Assembly: GCA_964057225.1 (NCBI GenBank)
Contig: OZ059897.1
Span: 20,956,001 to 21,020,000, forward strand
Length of the DNA stretch: 64,000 nucleotides
Direction of reading: 5' to 3'
Source: Auanema rhodensis
Lineage: Eukaryota; Animalia; Nematoda
The notes under the pieces: model-generated
What the model saw: the letters and a program-made list of their open reading frames with translations, nothing else
Told to the model about the DNA's origin: nothing
The model's database searches: none
Translations under genes and position numbers: made by a program
Shown here: positions 1 to 13,100 of the stretch, piece after piece
Layout of the letters: each line of letters begins with the position of its first letter
Position numbering within the stretch: the first letter of the stretch is position 1

Positions 1-15
1 TCAGTTGATATCTCG

Positions 16-85
16 GTGCATTTTTAAGCTAGCGCAAATCTGATAACACAGATCGACGCAGCTTAAAAATCCGCATCGAATGCAC
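16..85. other. Nested inverted repeat / stem-loop A, present in each monomer
   Basis: ATTTTTAAGCT (20-30) pairs with AGCTTAAAAAT (60-70), GCG (32-34) with CGC (57-59), and ATCTG (38-42) with CAGAT (49-53) around a 6-nt loop. GTGCATT (16-22) can also pair with AATGCAC (79-85). Confidence 0.9.
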
Positions 86-153
86 TATACTACATTGAGA
101 AAAGCTTAATACAAAAATTAGTTATGATCGTTTGAAAAATGATGCATTAGTGT

Positions 154-181
154 ATGTTGAGTTTCCATGTACACTCAACAT
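154..181. other. Inverted repeat / stem-loop B, present in each monomer
   Basis: ATGTTGAGT (154-162) is the reverse complement of ACTCAACAT (173-181), with a 10-nt loop. Confidence 0.88.
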
Positions 182-194
182 TGCTTCCAAAAAC

Positions 195-229
195 ATTTTG
201 ACAAAAATTTTTTCGAAAAATTTCAAAAT
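195..229. other. A/T-tract dyad C, present in each monomer
   Basis: Perfect palindromes AAAAATTTTT (203-212) and TTTTTCGAAAAA (209-220) are flanked by ATTTTGA (195-201) and TCAAAAT (223-229). Confidence 0.8.
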
Positions 230-682
230 AATTTAGCAAAAAGTAGATGTTTTTAGATTCCTTTTTTCAAGGCAAAGACGATGGACAATGTTATTCAACG
301 AGAAAATTAATTCTTCAGGGTGAAAATCGAGGATTTAAGTGTGAACTTATATCAGTTGATATCTCGGTGCATTTTTAAGCTAGCGCAAATCTGATAACAC
401 AGATCGACGCAGCTTAAAAATCCGCATCGAATGCACTATACTACATTGAGAAAAGCTTAATACAAAAATTAGTTATGATCGTTAGAAAAATGATGCATTA
501 GTGTATGTTGAGTTTCCATGTACACTCAACATTGCTTCCAAAAACATTTTGACAAAAATTTTTTCGAAAAATTTCAAAATAATTTAGCAAAAAGTAGATG
601 TTTTAAGATTCCATTTTTCAAGGCAAAGACGATGGACAATGTTATTCAACGAAAAAATTAATTCTTCAGGGTGAAAATCGAG

Positions 683-704
683 GATATAAGTGTGAACTTA
701 TATC
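683..704. other. Stem-loop D with GTGA tetraloop spanning the monomer junction (monomer positions 332-353)
   Basis: GATATAAGT-GTGA-ACTTATATC forms a 9-bp perfect stem with a 4-nt loop. It is shown in monomer 2/3 because monomer 1 carries a variant. Confidence 0.85.
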
Positions 705-3700
705 AGTTGATATCTCGGTGCATTTTTAAGCTAGCGCAAATCTGATAACACAGATCGACGCAGCTTAAAAATCCGCATCGAATGCACTATACTACATTGA
801 GAAAAGCTTAATACAAGAATTAGTTATGATCGTTTGAAAAATGATGCATTAGTGTATGTTGAGTTTCCATGTACACTCAACATTGCTTCCAAAAACATTT
901 TGACAAAAATTTTTTCGAAAAATTTCAAAATTATTTAGCAAAAAGTAGATGTTTTTAGATTCCATTTTTCAAGGCAAAGACGATGGACAATGTTATTCAA
1001 CGAAAAAATTAATTCTTCAGGGTGAAAATCGAGGATATAAGTGTGAACTTATATCAGTTGATATCTCGGTGCATTTTTAAGCTAGCGCAAATCTGATAAC
1101 ACAGATCGACGCAGCTTAAAAATCCGGATCGAATGCACTATACTACATTAAGAAACGCTTGATACAAAAATTAGTTATGATCGTTTGAAAAATGATGCAT
1201 TAGTGTATGTTGAGTTTCCATGTACACTCAACATTGCTTCCAAAAACATTTTGACAAAAATTTTTTCGAAAAATTTCAAAATTATTTAGCAAAAAGTAGA
1301 TGTTTTTAGATTCCATTTTTCAAGGCAAAGACGATGGACAATGTTATTCAACGAAAAAATTAATTCTTCAGGGTGAAAATCGAGGATATAAGTGTGAACT
1401 TATATCAGTTGATATCTCGGTGCATTTTTAAGCTAGCGCAAATCTGATAACACAGATCGACGCAGCTTAAAAATCCGGATCGAATGCACTATACTACATT
1501 AAGAAACGCTTGATACAAAAATTAGTTATGATCGTTTGAAAAATGATGCATTAGTGTATGTTGAGTTTCCATGTACACTCAACATTGCTTCCAAAAACAT
1601 TTTGACAAAAATTTTTTCGAAAAATTTCAAAATAATTTAGCAAAAAGTAGATGTTTTTAGATTCCATTTTTCAAGGCAAAGACGATAGACAATGTTATTC
1701 AACGGAAAAGTTAATTCTTCAGGGTGAAAATCGAGGATATAAGTGTGAACTTATATCAGTTGATATCTCGGTGCATTTTTAAGCTAGCGCAAATCTGATA
1801 ACACAGATCGACGCAGCTTAAAAATCCGCATCGAATGCACTATACTACATTGAGAAACGCTTAATACAAAAATTAGTTATGATCGTTTGAAAAATGATGC
1901 ATTAGTGTATGTTGAGTTTCCATGTACACTCAACATTGCTTCCAAAAACATTTTGACAAAAATTTTTTCGAAAAATTTCAAAATAATTTAGCAAAAAGTA
2001 GATGTTTTTAGATTCCTTTTTTCAAGGCAAAGACGATGGACAATGTTATTCAACGAGAAAATTAATTCTTCAGGGTGAAAATCGAGGATTTAAGTGTGAA
2101 CTTATATCAGTTGATATCTCGGTGCATTTTTAAGCTAGCGCAAATCTGATAACACAGATCGACGCAGCTTAAAAATCCGCATCGAATGCACTATACTACA
2201 TTGAGAAAAGCTTAATACAAAAATTAGTTATGATCGTTAGAAAAATGATGCATTAGTGTATGTTGAGTTTCCATGTACACTCAACATTGCTTCCAAAAAC
2301 ATTTTGACAAAAATTTTTTCGAAAAATTTCAAAATAATTTACCAAAAAGTAGATGTTTTTAGATTCCATTTTTCAAGGCAAAGACGATAGACAATGTTAT
2401 TCAACGAAAAAGTTAATTCTTCAGGGTGAAAATCGAGGATATAAGTGTGAACTTATATCAGTTGATATCTCGGTGCATTTTTAAGCTAGCGCAAATCTGA
2501 TAACACAGATCGACGCAGCTTAAAAATCCGCATCGAATGCACTATATTACATTGAGAAACACTTGATACAAAAATTAGTTATGATCGTTTGAAAAATGAT
2601 GCATTAGTGTATGTTGAGTTTCCATGTACACTCAACATTGCTTCCAAAAACATTTTGACAAAAATTTTTTCGAAAAATTTCAAAATAATTTAGCAAAAAG
2701 TAGATGTTTTAAGATTCCATTTTTCAAGGCAAAGACGATGGACAATGTTATTCAACGAAAAAATTAATTCTTCAGGGTGAAAATCGAGGATATAAGTGTG
2801 AACTTATATCAGTTGATATCTCGGTGCATTTTTAAGCTAGCGCAAATCTGATAACACAGATCGACGCAGCTTAAAAATCCGCATCGAATGCACTATACTA
2901 CATTGAGAAAAGCTTAATACAAGAATTAGTTATGATCGTTTGAAAAATGATGCATTAGTGTATGTTGAGTTTCCATGTACACTCAACATTGCTTCCAAAA
3001 ACATTTTGACAAAAATTTTTTCGAAAAATTTCAAAATTATTTAGCAAAAAGTAGATGTTTTTAGATTCCATTTTTCAAGGCAAAGACGATGGACAATGTT
3101 ATTCAACGAAAAAATTAATTCTTCAGGGTGAAAATCGAGGATATAAGTGTGAACTTATATCAGTTGATATCTCGGTGCATTTTTAAGCTAGCGCAAATCT
3201 GATAACACAGATCGACGCAGCTTAAAAATCCGGATCGAATGCACTATACTACATTAAGAAACGCTTGATACAAAAATTAGTTATGATCGTTTGAAAAATG
3301 ATGCATTAGTGTATGTTGAGTTTCCATGTACACTCAACATTGCTTCCAAAAACATTTTGACAAAAATTTTTTCGAAAAATTTCAAAATAATTTAGCAAAA
3401 AGTAGATGTTTTTAGATTCCATTTTTCAAGGCAAAGACGATAGACAATGTTATTAAACGGAAAAGTTAATTCTTCAGGGTGAAAATCGAGGATATAAGTG
3501 TGAACTTATATCAGTTGATATCTCGGTGCATTTTTAAGCTAGCGCAAATCTGATAACACAGATCGACGCAGCTTAAAAATCCGCATCGAATGCACTATAC
3601 TACATTGAGAAACGCTTAATACAAAAATTAGTTATGATCGTTTGAAAAATGATGCATTAGTGTATGTTGAGTTTCCATGTACACTCAACATTGCTTCCAA

Positions 3701-6700
3701 AAACATTTTGACAAAAATTTTTTCGAAAAATTTCAAAATAATTTAGCAAAAAGTAGATGTTTTAAGATTCCATTTTTCAAGGCAAAGACGATGGACAATG
3801 TTATTCAACGAAAAAATTAATTCTTCAGGGTGAAAATCGAGGATATAAGTGTGAACTTATATCAGTTGATATCTCGGTGCATTTTTAAGCTAGCGCAAAT
3901 CTGATAACACAGATCGACGCAGCTTAAAAATCCGCATCGAATGCACTATACTACATTAAGAAACGCTTGATACAAAAATTAGTTATGATCGTTTGAAAAA
4001 TGATGCATTAGTGTATGTTGAGTTTCCATGTACACTCAACATTGCTTCCAAAAACATTTTGACAAAAATTTTTTCGAAAAATTTCAAAATAATTTAGCAA
4101 AAAGTAGATGTTTTTAGATTCGATTTTTCAAGGCAAAGACGATGGACAATGTTATTCAACGAAAAAATTAATTCTTCAGGGTGAAAATCGAGGATATAAG
4201 TGTGAACTTATATCAGTTGATATCTCGGTGCATTTTTAAGCTAGCGCAAATCTGATAACACAGATCGACGCAGCTTAAAAATCCGGATCGAATGCACTAT
4301 ACTACATTAAGAAACGCTTGATACAAAAATTAGTTATGATCGTTTGAAAAATGATGCATTAGTGTATGTTGAGTTTCCATGTACACTCAACATTGCTTCC
4401 AAAAACATTTTGACAAAAATTTTTTCGAAAAATTTCAAAATAATTTAGCAAAAAGTAGATGTTTTTAGATTCCATTTTTCAAGGCAAAGACGATAGACAA
4501 TGTTATTCAACGGAAAAGTTAATTCTTCAGGGTGAAAATCGAGGATATAAGTGTGAACTTATATCAGTTGATATCTCGGTGCATTTTTAAGCTAGCGCAA
4601 ATCTGATAACACAGATCGACGCAGCTTAAAAATCCGCATCGAATGCACTATACTACATTGAGAAACGCTTAATACAAAAATTAGTTATGATCGTTTGAAA
4701 AATGATGCATTAGTGTATGTTGAGTTTCCATGTACACTCAACATTGCTTCCAAAAACATTTTGACAAAAATTTTTTCGAAAAATTTCAAAATAATTTAGC
4801 AAAAAGTAGATGTTTTTAGATTCCTTTTTTCAAGGCAAAGACGATGGACAATGTTATTCAACGAGAAAATTAATTCTTCAGGGTGAAAATCGAGGATATA
4901 AGTGTGAACTTATATCAGTTGATATCTCGGTGCATTTTTAAGCTAGCGCAAATCTGATAACACAGATCGACGCAGCTTAAAAATCCGCATCGAATGCACT
5001 ATACTACATTGAGAAAAGCTTAATACAAAAATTAGTTATGATCGTTTGAAAAATGATGCATTAGTGTATGTTGAGTTTCCATGTACACTCAACATTGCTT
5101 CCAAAAACATTTTGACAAAAATTTTTTCGAAAAATTTCAAAATAATTTAGCAAAAAGTAGATGTTTTTAGATTCCATTTTTCAAGGCAAAGACGATAGAC
5201 AATGTTATTCAACGGAAAAGTTAATTCTTCAGGGTGAAAATCGAGGATATAAGTGTGAACTTATATCAGTTGATATCTCGGTGCATTTTTAAGCTAGCGC
5301 AAATCTGATAACACAGATCGACGCAGCTTAAAAATCCGCATCGAATGCACTATACTACATTGAGAAACGCTTAATACAAAAATTAGTTATGATCGTTTGA
5401 AAAATGATGCATTAGTGTATGTTGAGTTTCCATGTACACTCAACATTGCTTCCAAAAACATTTTGACAAAAATTTTTTCGAAAAATTTCAAAATAATTTA
5501 GCAAAAAGTAGATGTTTTTAGATTCCTTTTTTCAAGGCAAAGACGATGGACAATGTTATTCAACGAGAAAATTAATTCTTCAGGGTGAAAATCGAGGATA
5601 TAAGTGTGAACTTATATCAGTTGATATCTCGGTGCATTTTTAAGCTAGCGCAAATCTGATAACACAGATCGACGCAGCTTAAAAATCCGCATCGAATGCA
5701 CTATACTACATTGAGAAAAGCTTAATACAAAAATTAGTTATGATCGTTTGAAAAATGATGCATTAGTGTATGTTGAGTTTCCATGTACACTCAACATTGC
5801 TTCCAAAAACATTTTGACAAAAATTTTTTCGAAAAATTTCAAAATAATTTAGCAAAAAGTAGATGTTTTTAGATTCCTTTTTTCAAGGCAAAGACGATGG
5901 ACAATGTTATTCAACGAGAAAATTAATTCTTCAGGGTGAAAATCGAGGATTTAAGTGTGAACTTATATCAGTTGATATCTCGGTGCATTTTTAAGCTAGC
6001 GCAAATCTGATAACACAGATCGACGCAGCTTAAAAATCCGCATCGAATGCACTATACTACATTGAGAAAAGCTTAATACAAAAATTAGTTATGATCGTTA
6101 GAAAAATGATGCATTAGTGTATGTTGAGTTTCCATGTACACTCAACATTGCTTCCAAAAACATTTTGACAAAAATTTTTTCGAAAAATTTCAAAATAATT
6201 TACCAAAAAGTAGATGTTTTTAGATTCCATTTTTCAAGGCAAAGACGATAGACAATGTTATTCAACGAAAAAGTTAATTCTTCAGGGTGAAAATCGAGGA
6301 TATAAGTGTGAACTTATATCAGTTGATATCTCGGTGCATTTTTAAGCTAGCGCAAATCTGATAACACAGATCGACGCAGCTTAAAAATCCGCATCGAATG
6401 CACTATATTACATTGAGAAACACTTGATACAAAAATTAGTTATGATCGTTTGAAAAATGATGCATTAGTGTATGTTGAGTTTCCATGTACACTCAACATT
6501 GCTTCCAAAAACATTTTGACAAAAATTTTTTCGAAAAATTTCAAAATAATTTAGCAAAAAGTAGATGTTTTAAGATTCCATTTTTCAAGGCAAAGACGAT
6601 GGACAATGTTATTCAACGAAAAAATTAATTCTTCAGGGTGAAAATCGAGGATATAAGTGTGAACTTATATCAGTTGATATCTCGGTGCATTTTTAAGCTA

Positions 6701-9700
6701 GCGCAAATCTGATAACACAGATCGACGCAGCTTAAAAATCCGCATCGAATGCACTATACTACATTGAGAAAAGCTTAATACAAGAATTAGTTATGATCGT
6801 TTGAAAAATGATGCATTAGTGTATGTTGAGTTTCCATGTACACTCAACATTGCTTCCAAAAACATTTTGACAAAAATTTTTTCGAAAAATTTCATAATTA
6901 TTTAGCAAAAAGTAGATGTTTTTAGATTCCATTTTTCAAGGCAAAGACGATGGACAATGTTATTCAACGAAAAAATTAATTCTTCAGGGTGAAAATCGAG
7001 GATATAAGTGTGAACTTATATCAGTTGATATCTCGGTGCATTTTTAAGCTAGCGCAAATCTGATAACACAGATCGACGCAGCTTAAAAATCCGGATCGAA
7101 TGCACTATACTACATTAAGAAACGCTTGATACAAAAATTAGTTATGATCGTTTGAAAAATGATGCATTAGTGTATGTTGAGTTTCCATGTACACTCAACA
7201 TTGCTTCCAAAAACATTTTGACAAAAATTTTTTCGAAAAATTTCAAAATAATTTAGCAAAAAGTAGATGTTTTTAGATTCCATTTTTCAAGGCAAAGACG
7301 ATAGACAATGTTATTCAACGGAAAAGTTAATTCTTCAGGGTGAAAATCGAGGATATAAGTGTGAACTTATATCAGTTGATATCTCGGTGCATTTTTAAGC
7401 TAGCGCAAATCTGATAACACAGATCGACGCAGCTTAAAAATCCGCATCGAATGCACTATACTACATTGAGAAACGCTTAATACAAAAATTAGTTATGATC
7501 GTTTGAAAAATGATGCATTAGTGTATGTTGAGTTTCCATGTACACTCAACATTGCTTCCAAAAACATTTTGACAAAAATTTTTTCGAAAAATTTCAAAAT
7601 AATTTAGCAAAAAGTAGATGTTTTAAGATTCCATTTTTCAAGGCAAAGACGATGGACAATGTTATTCAACGAAAAAATTAATTCTTCAGGGTGAAAATCG
7701 AGGATATAAGTGTGAACTTATATCAGTTGATATCTCGGTGCATTTTTAAGCTAGCGCAAATCTGATAACACAGATCGACGCAGCTTAAAAATCCGCATCG
7801 AATGCACTATACTACATTAAGAAACGCTTGATACAAAAATTAGTTATGATCGTTTGAAAAATGATGCATTAGTGTATGTTGAGTTTCCATGTACACTCAA
7901 CATTGCTTCCAAAAACATTTTGACAAAAATTTTTTCGAAAAATTTCAAAATAATTTAGCAAAAAGTAGATGTTTTTAGATTCCTTTTTTCAAGGCAAAGA
8001 CGATGGACAATGTTATTCAACGAAAAAATTATTTCTTCAGGGTGAAAATCGAGGATATAAGTGTGAACTTATATCAGTTGATATCTCGGTGCATTTTTAA
8101 GCTAGCGCAAATCTGATAACACAGATCGACGCAGCTTAAAAATCCGCATCGAATGCACTATACTACATTGAAAAACGCTTGATACAAAAATTAGTTATGA
8201 TCGTTTGAAAAATGATGCATTAGTGTATGTTGAGTTTCCATGTACACTCAACATTGCTTCCAAAAACATTTTGACAAAAATTTTTTCGAAAAATTTCAAA
8301 ATAATTTAGCAAAAAGTAGATGTTTTTAGATTCCATTTTTCAAGGCAAAGACGATGGACAATGTTATTCAACGAAAAAATTGCTTCTTCAGGGTGAAAAT
8401 CGAGGATATAAGTGTGAACTTATATCAGTTGATATCTCGGTGCATTTTTAAGCTAGCGCAAATCTGATAACACAGATCGACGCAGCTTAAAAATCCGCAT
8501 CGAATGCACTATACTACATTGAGAAAAGCTTAATACAAAAATTAGTTATGATCGTTTGAAAAATGATGCATTAGTGTATGTTGAGTTTCCATGTACACTC
8601 AACATTGCTTCCAAAAACATTTTGACAAAAATTTTTTCGAAAAATTTCAAAATAATTTAGCAAAAAGTAGATGTTTTTAGATTCCTTTTCTCAAGGCAAA
8701 GACGATGGACAATGTTATTCAACGAAAAAATTATTTCTTCAGGGTGAAAATCGAGGATATAAGTGTGAACTTATATCAGTTGATATCTCGGTGCATTTTT
8801 AAGCTAGCGCAAATCTGATAACACAGATCGACGCAGCTTAAAAACCGCATCGAATGCACTATACTACATTAAGAAACGCTTGATACAAAAATTAGTTATG
8901 ATCGTTTGAAAAATGATGCATTAGTGTATGTTGAGTTTCCATGTACACTCAACATTGCTTCCAAAAACATTTTGACAAAAATTTTTTCGAAAAATTTCAA
9001 AATAATTTAGCAAAAAGTAGATGTTTTTAGATTCGATTTTTCAAGGCAAAGACGATGGACAATGTTATTCAACGAAAAAATTAATTCTTCAGGGTGAAAA
9101 TCGAGGATATAAGTGTGAACTTATATCAGTTGATATCTCGGTGCATTTTTAAGCTAGCGCAAATCTGATAACACAGATCGACGCAGCTTAAAAATCCGCA
9201 TCGAATGCACTATATTACATTGAGAAACACTTGATACAAAAATTAGTTATGATCGTTTGAAAAATGATGCATTAGTGTATGTTGAGTTTCCATGTACACT
9301 CAACATTGCTTCCAAAAACATTTTGACAAAAATTTTTTCGAAAAATTTCAAAATAATTTAGCAAAAAGTAGATGTTTTAAGATTCCATTTTTCAAGGCAA
9401 AGACGATGGACAATGTTATTCAACGAAAAAATTAATTCTTCAGGGTGAAAATCGAGGATATAAGTGTGAACTTATATCAGTTGATATCTCGGTGCATTTT
9501 TAAGCTAGCGCAAATCTGATAACACAGATCGACGCAGCTTAAAAATCCGCATCGAATGCACTATACTACATTAAGAAACGCTTGATACAAAAATTAGTTA
9601 TGATCGTTTGAAAAATGATGCATTAGTGTATGTTGAGTTTCCATGTACACTCAACATTGCTTCCAAAAACATTTTGACAAAAATTTTTTCGAAAAATTTC

Positions 9701-10178
9701 AAAATAATTTAGCAAAAAGTAGATGTTTTTAGATTCCTTTTTTCAAGGCAAAGACGATGGACAATGTTATTCAACGAAAAAATTAATTCTTCAGGGTGAA
9801 AATCGAGGATATAAGTGTGAACTTATATCAGTTGATATCTCGGTGCATTTTTAAGCTAGCGCAAATCTGATAACACAGATCGACGCAGCTTAAAAATCCG
9901 CATCGAATGCACTATACTACATTAAGAAACGCTTGATACAAAAATTAGTTATGATCGTTTGAAAAATGATGCATTAGTGTATGTTGAGTTTCCATGTACA
10001 CTCAACATTGCTTCCAAAAACATTTTGACAAAAATTTTTTCGAAAAATTTCAAAATAATTTAGCAAAAAGTAGATGTTTTTAGATTCCATTTTTCAAGGC
10101 AAAGACGATAGACAATGTTATTCAACGAAAAAATTAATTCTTCAGGGTGAAAATCGAGGATATAAGTGTGAACTTATA

Positions 10179-13100
10179 TCAGTTGATATCTCGGTGCATT
10201 TTTAAGCTAGCGCAAATCTGATAACACAGATCGACGCAGCTTAAAAATCCGCATCGAATGCACTATACTACATTAAGAAACGCTTGATACAAAAATTAGT
10301 TATGATCGTTTGAAAAATGATGCATTAGTGTATGTTGAGTTTCCATGTACACTCAACATTGCTTCCAAAAACATTTTGACAAAAATTTTTTCGAAAAATT
10401 TCAAAATAATTTAGCAAAAAGTAGATGTTTTTAGATTCCATTTTTCAAGGCAAAGACGATAGACAATGTTATTCAACGAAAAAATTAATTCTTCAGGGTG
10501 AAAATCGAGGATATAAGTGTGAACTTATATCAGTTGATATCTCGGTGCATTTTTAAGCTAGCGCGAATCTGATAACACAGATCGACGCAGCTTAAAAATC
10601 CGCATCGAATGCACTATATTACATTGAGAAACACTTGATACAAAAATTAGTTATGATCGTTTGAAAAATGATGCATTAGTGTATGTTGAGTTTCCATGTA
10701 CACTCAACATTGCTTCCAAAAACATTTTGACAAAAATTTTTTCGAAAAATTTCAAAATAATTTAGCAAAAAGTAGATGTTTTAAGATTCCATTTTTCAAG
10801 GCAAAGACGATGGACAATGTTATTCAACGAAAAAATTAATTCTTCAGGGTGAAAATCGAGGATATAAGTGTGAACTTATATCAGTTGATATCTCGGTGCA
10901 TTTTTAAGCTAGCGCAAATCTGATAACACAGATCGACGCAGCTTAAAAATCCGCATCGAATGCACTATATTACATTGAGAAACACTTGATACAAAAATTA
11001 GTTATGATCGTTTGAAAAATGATGCATTAGTGTATGTTGAGTTTCCATGTACACTCAACATTGCTTCTAAAACATTTTGACAAAAATTTTTTCGAAAAAT
11101 TTCAAAATAATTTAGCAAAAAGTAGATGTTTTAAGATTCCATTTTTCAAGGCAAAGACGATGGACAATGTTATTCAACGAAAAAATTAATTCTTCAGGGT
11201 GAAAATCGAGGATATAAGTGTGAACTTATATCAGTTGATATCTCGGTGCATTTTTAAGCTAGCGCAAATCTGATAACACAGATCGACGCAGCTTAAAAAT
11301 CCGCATCGAATGCACTATATTACATTGAGAAACGCTTGATACAAAAATTAGTTATGATCGTTTGAAAAATGATGCATTAGTGTATGTTGAGTTTCCATGT
11401 ACACTCAACATTGCTTCCAAAAACATTTTGACAAAAATGTTTTCGAAAAATTTCAAAATAATTTAGCAAAAAGTAGATGTTTTTAGATTCCATTTTTCAA
11501 GGCAAAGACGATAGACAATGTTATTCAACGAAAAAATTAATTCTTCAGGGTGAAAATCGAGGATATAAGTGTGAACTTATATCAGTTGATATCTCGGTGC
11601 ATTTTTAAGCTAGCGCAAATCTGATAACACAGATCGACGCAGCTTAAAAATCCGCATCGAATGCACTATATTACATTGAGAAACACTTGATACAAAAATT
11701 AGTTATGATCGTTTGAAAAATGATGCATTAGTGTATGTTGAGTTTCCATGTACACTCAACATTGCTTCCAAAAACATTTTGACAAAAATTTTTTCGAAAA
11801 ATTTCAAAATAATTTAGCAAAAAGTAGATGTTTTAAGATTCCATTTTTCAAGGCAAAGACGATGGACAATGTTATTCAACGAAAAAATTAATTCTTCAGG
11901 GTGAAAATCGAGGATATAAGTGTGAACTTATATCAGTTGATATCTCGGTGCATTTTTAAGCTAGCGCAAATCTGATAACACAGATCGACGCAGCTTAAAA
12001 ATCCGCATCGAATGCACTATACTACATTGAGAAACGCTTAATACAAAAATTAGTTATGATCGTTTGAAAAATGATGCATTAGTGTATGTTGAGTTTCCAT
12101 GTACACTCAACATTGCTTCCAAAAACATTTTGACAAAAATTTTTTCGAAAAATTTCAAAATAATTAAGCAAAAAGTAGATGTTTTTAGATTCCATTTTTC
12201 AAGGCAAAGACGATAGACAATGTTATTCAACGAAAAAATTAATTCTTCAGGGTGAAAATCGAGGATATAAGTGTGAACTTAAATCAGTTGATATCTCGGT
12301 GCATTTTTAAGCTAGCGCAAATCTGATAACACAGATCGACGCAGCTTAAAAATCCGCATCGAATGCACTATACTACATTGAGAAACGCTTAATACAAAAA
12401 TTAGTTATGATCGTTTGAAAAATGATGCATTAGTGTATGTTGAGTTTCCATGTACACTCAACATTGCTTCCAAAAACATTTTGACAAAAATTTTTTCGAA
12501 AAATTTCAAAATAATTTACCAAAAAGTAGATGTTTTTAGATTCCATTTTTCAAGGCAAAGACGATAGACAATGTTATTCAACGAAAAAGTTAATTCTTCA
12601 GGGTGAAAATCGAGGATATAAGTGTGAACTTATATCAGTTGATATCTCGGTGCATTTTTAAGCTAGCGCAAATCTGATAACACAGATCTACGCAGCTTAA
12701 AAATCCGCATCGAATGCACTATATTACATTGAGAAACACTTGATACAAAAATTAGTTATGATCGTTTGAAAAATGATGCATTAGTGTATGTTGAGTTTCC
12801 ATGTACACTCAACATTGCTTTCAAAAACATTTTGACAAAAATTTTTTCGAAAAATTTCAAAATAATTTAGCAAAAAGTAGATGTTTTTAGATTCCATTTT
12901 TCAAGGCAAAGACGATAGACAATGTTATTCAACGAAAAAATTAATTCTTCAGGGTGAAAATCGAGGATATAAGTGTGAACTTATATCAGTTGATATCTCG
13001 GTGCATTTTTAAGCTAGCGCAAATCTGATAACACAGATCGACGCAGCTTAAAAATCCGCATCGAATGCACTATATTACATTGAGAAACACTTGATACAAA

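Larger units (their letters stand above)
1..351. repeat. Representative 351-bp monomer (arbitrary phase; monomer positions quoted elsewhere use this numbering)
   Basis: The next copy begins at 352. About 110/351 bases are G+C, with many A/T tracts. It carries EcoRV GATATC (7-12), NheI GCTAGC (28-33), NsiI ATGCAT (142-147), BsrGI TGTACA (168-173) and BstBI TTCGAA (212-217). HindIII (102-107) and BspEI (70-75) sites are polymorphic. Confidence 0.98.
1..7722. repeat. Local higher-order block: three related copies of a 5-6-monomer cassette (offsets 5/6 and 11 monomers)
   Basis: Rare variants recur: GGATTTAAG at 335/2090/5951, CGTTAGAAA at 484/2239/6100, and ACAAGAATT at 817/2923/6784. The offsets are 1755 or 2106, then 3861 (11x351). 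Confidence 0.85.

Noticed and set aside
211-227. CENP-B box
   Set aside because: Only the TTCG....A part matches. The required CGGG is absent.
1-351. 5S rRNA, tRNA, snRNA or spliced-leader tandem gene unit
   Set aside because: I recognise no 5S or tRNA A/B/C boxes, cloverleaf, SL exon or snRNA motif. An Rfam/Infernal search would be needed to exclude this fully.
1-351. Monomer as an ancient dimer of ~175-bp subunits
   Set aside because: No convincing similarity between the two halves by eye at a ~175-bp offset.
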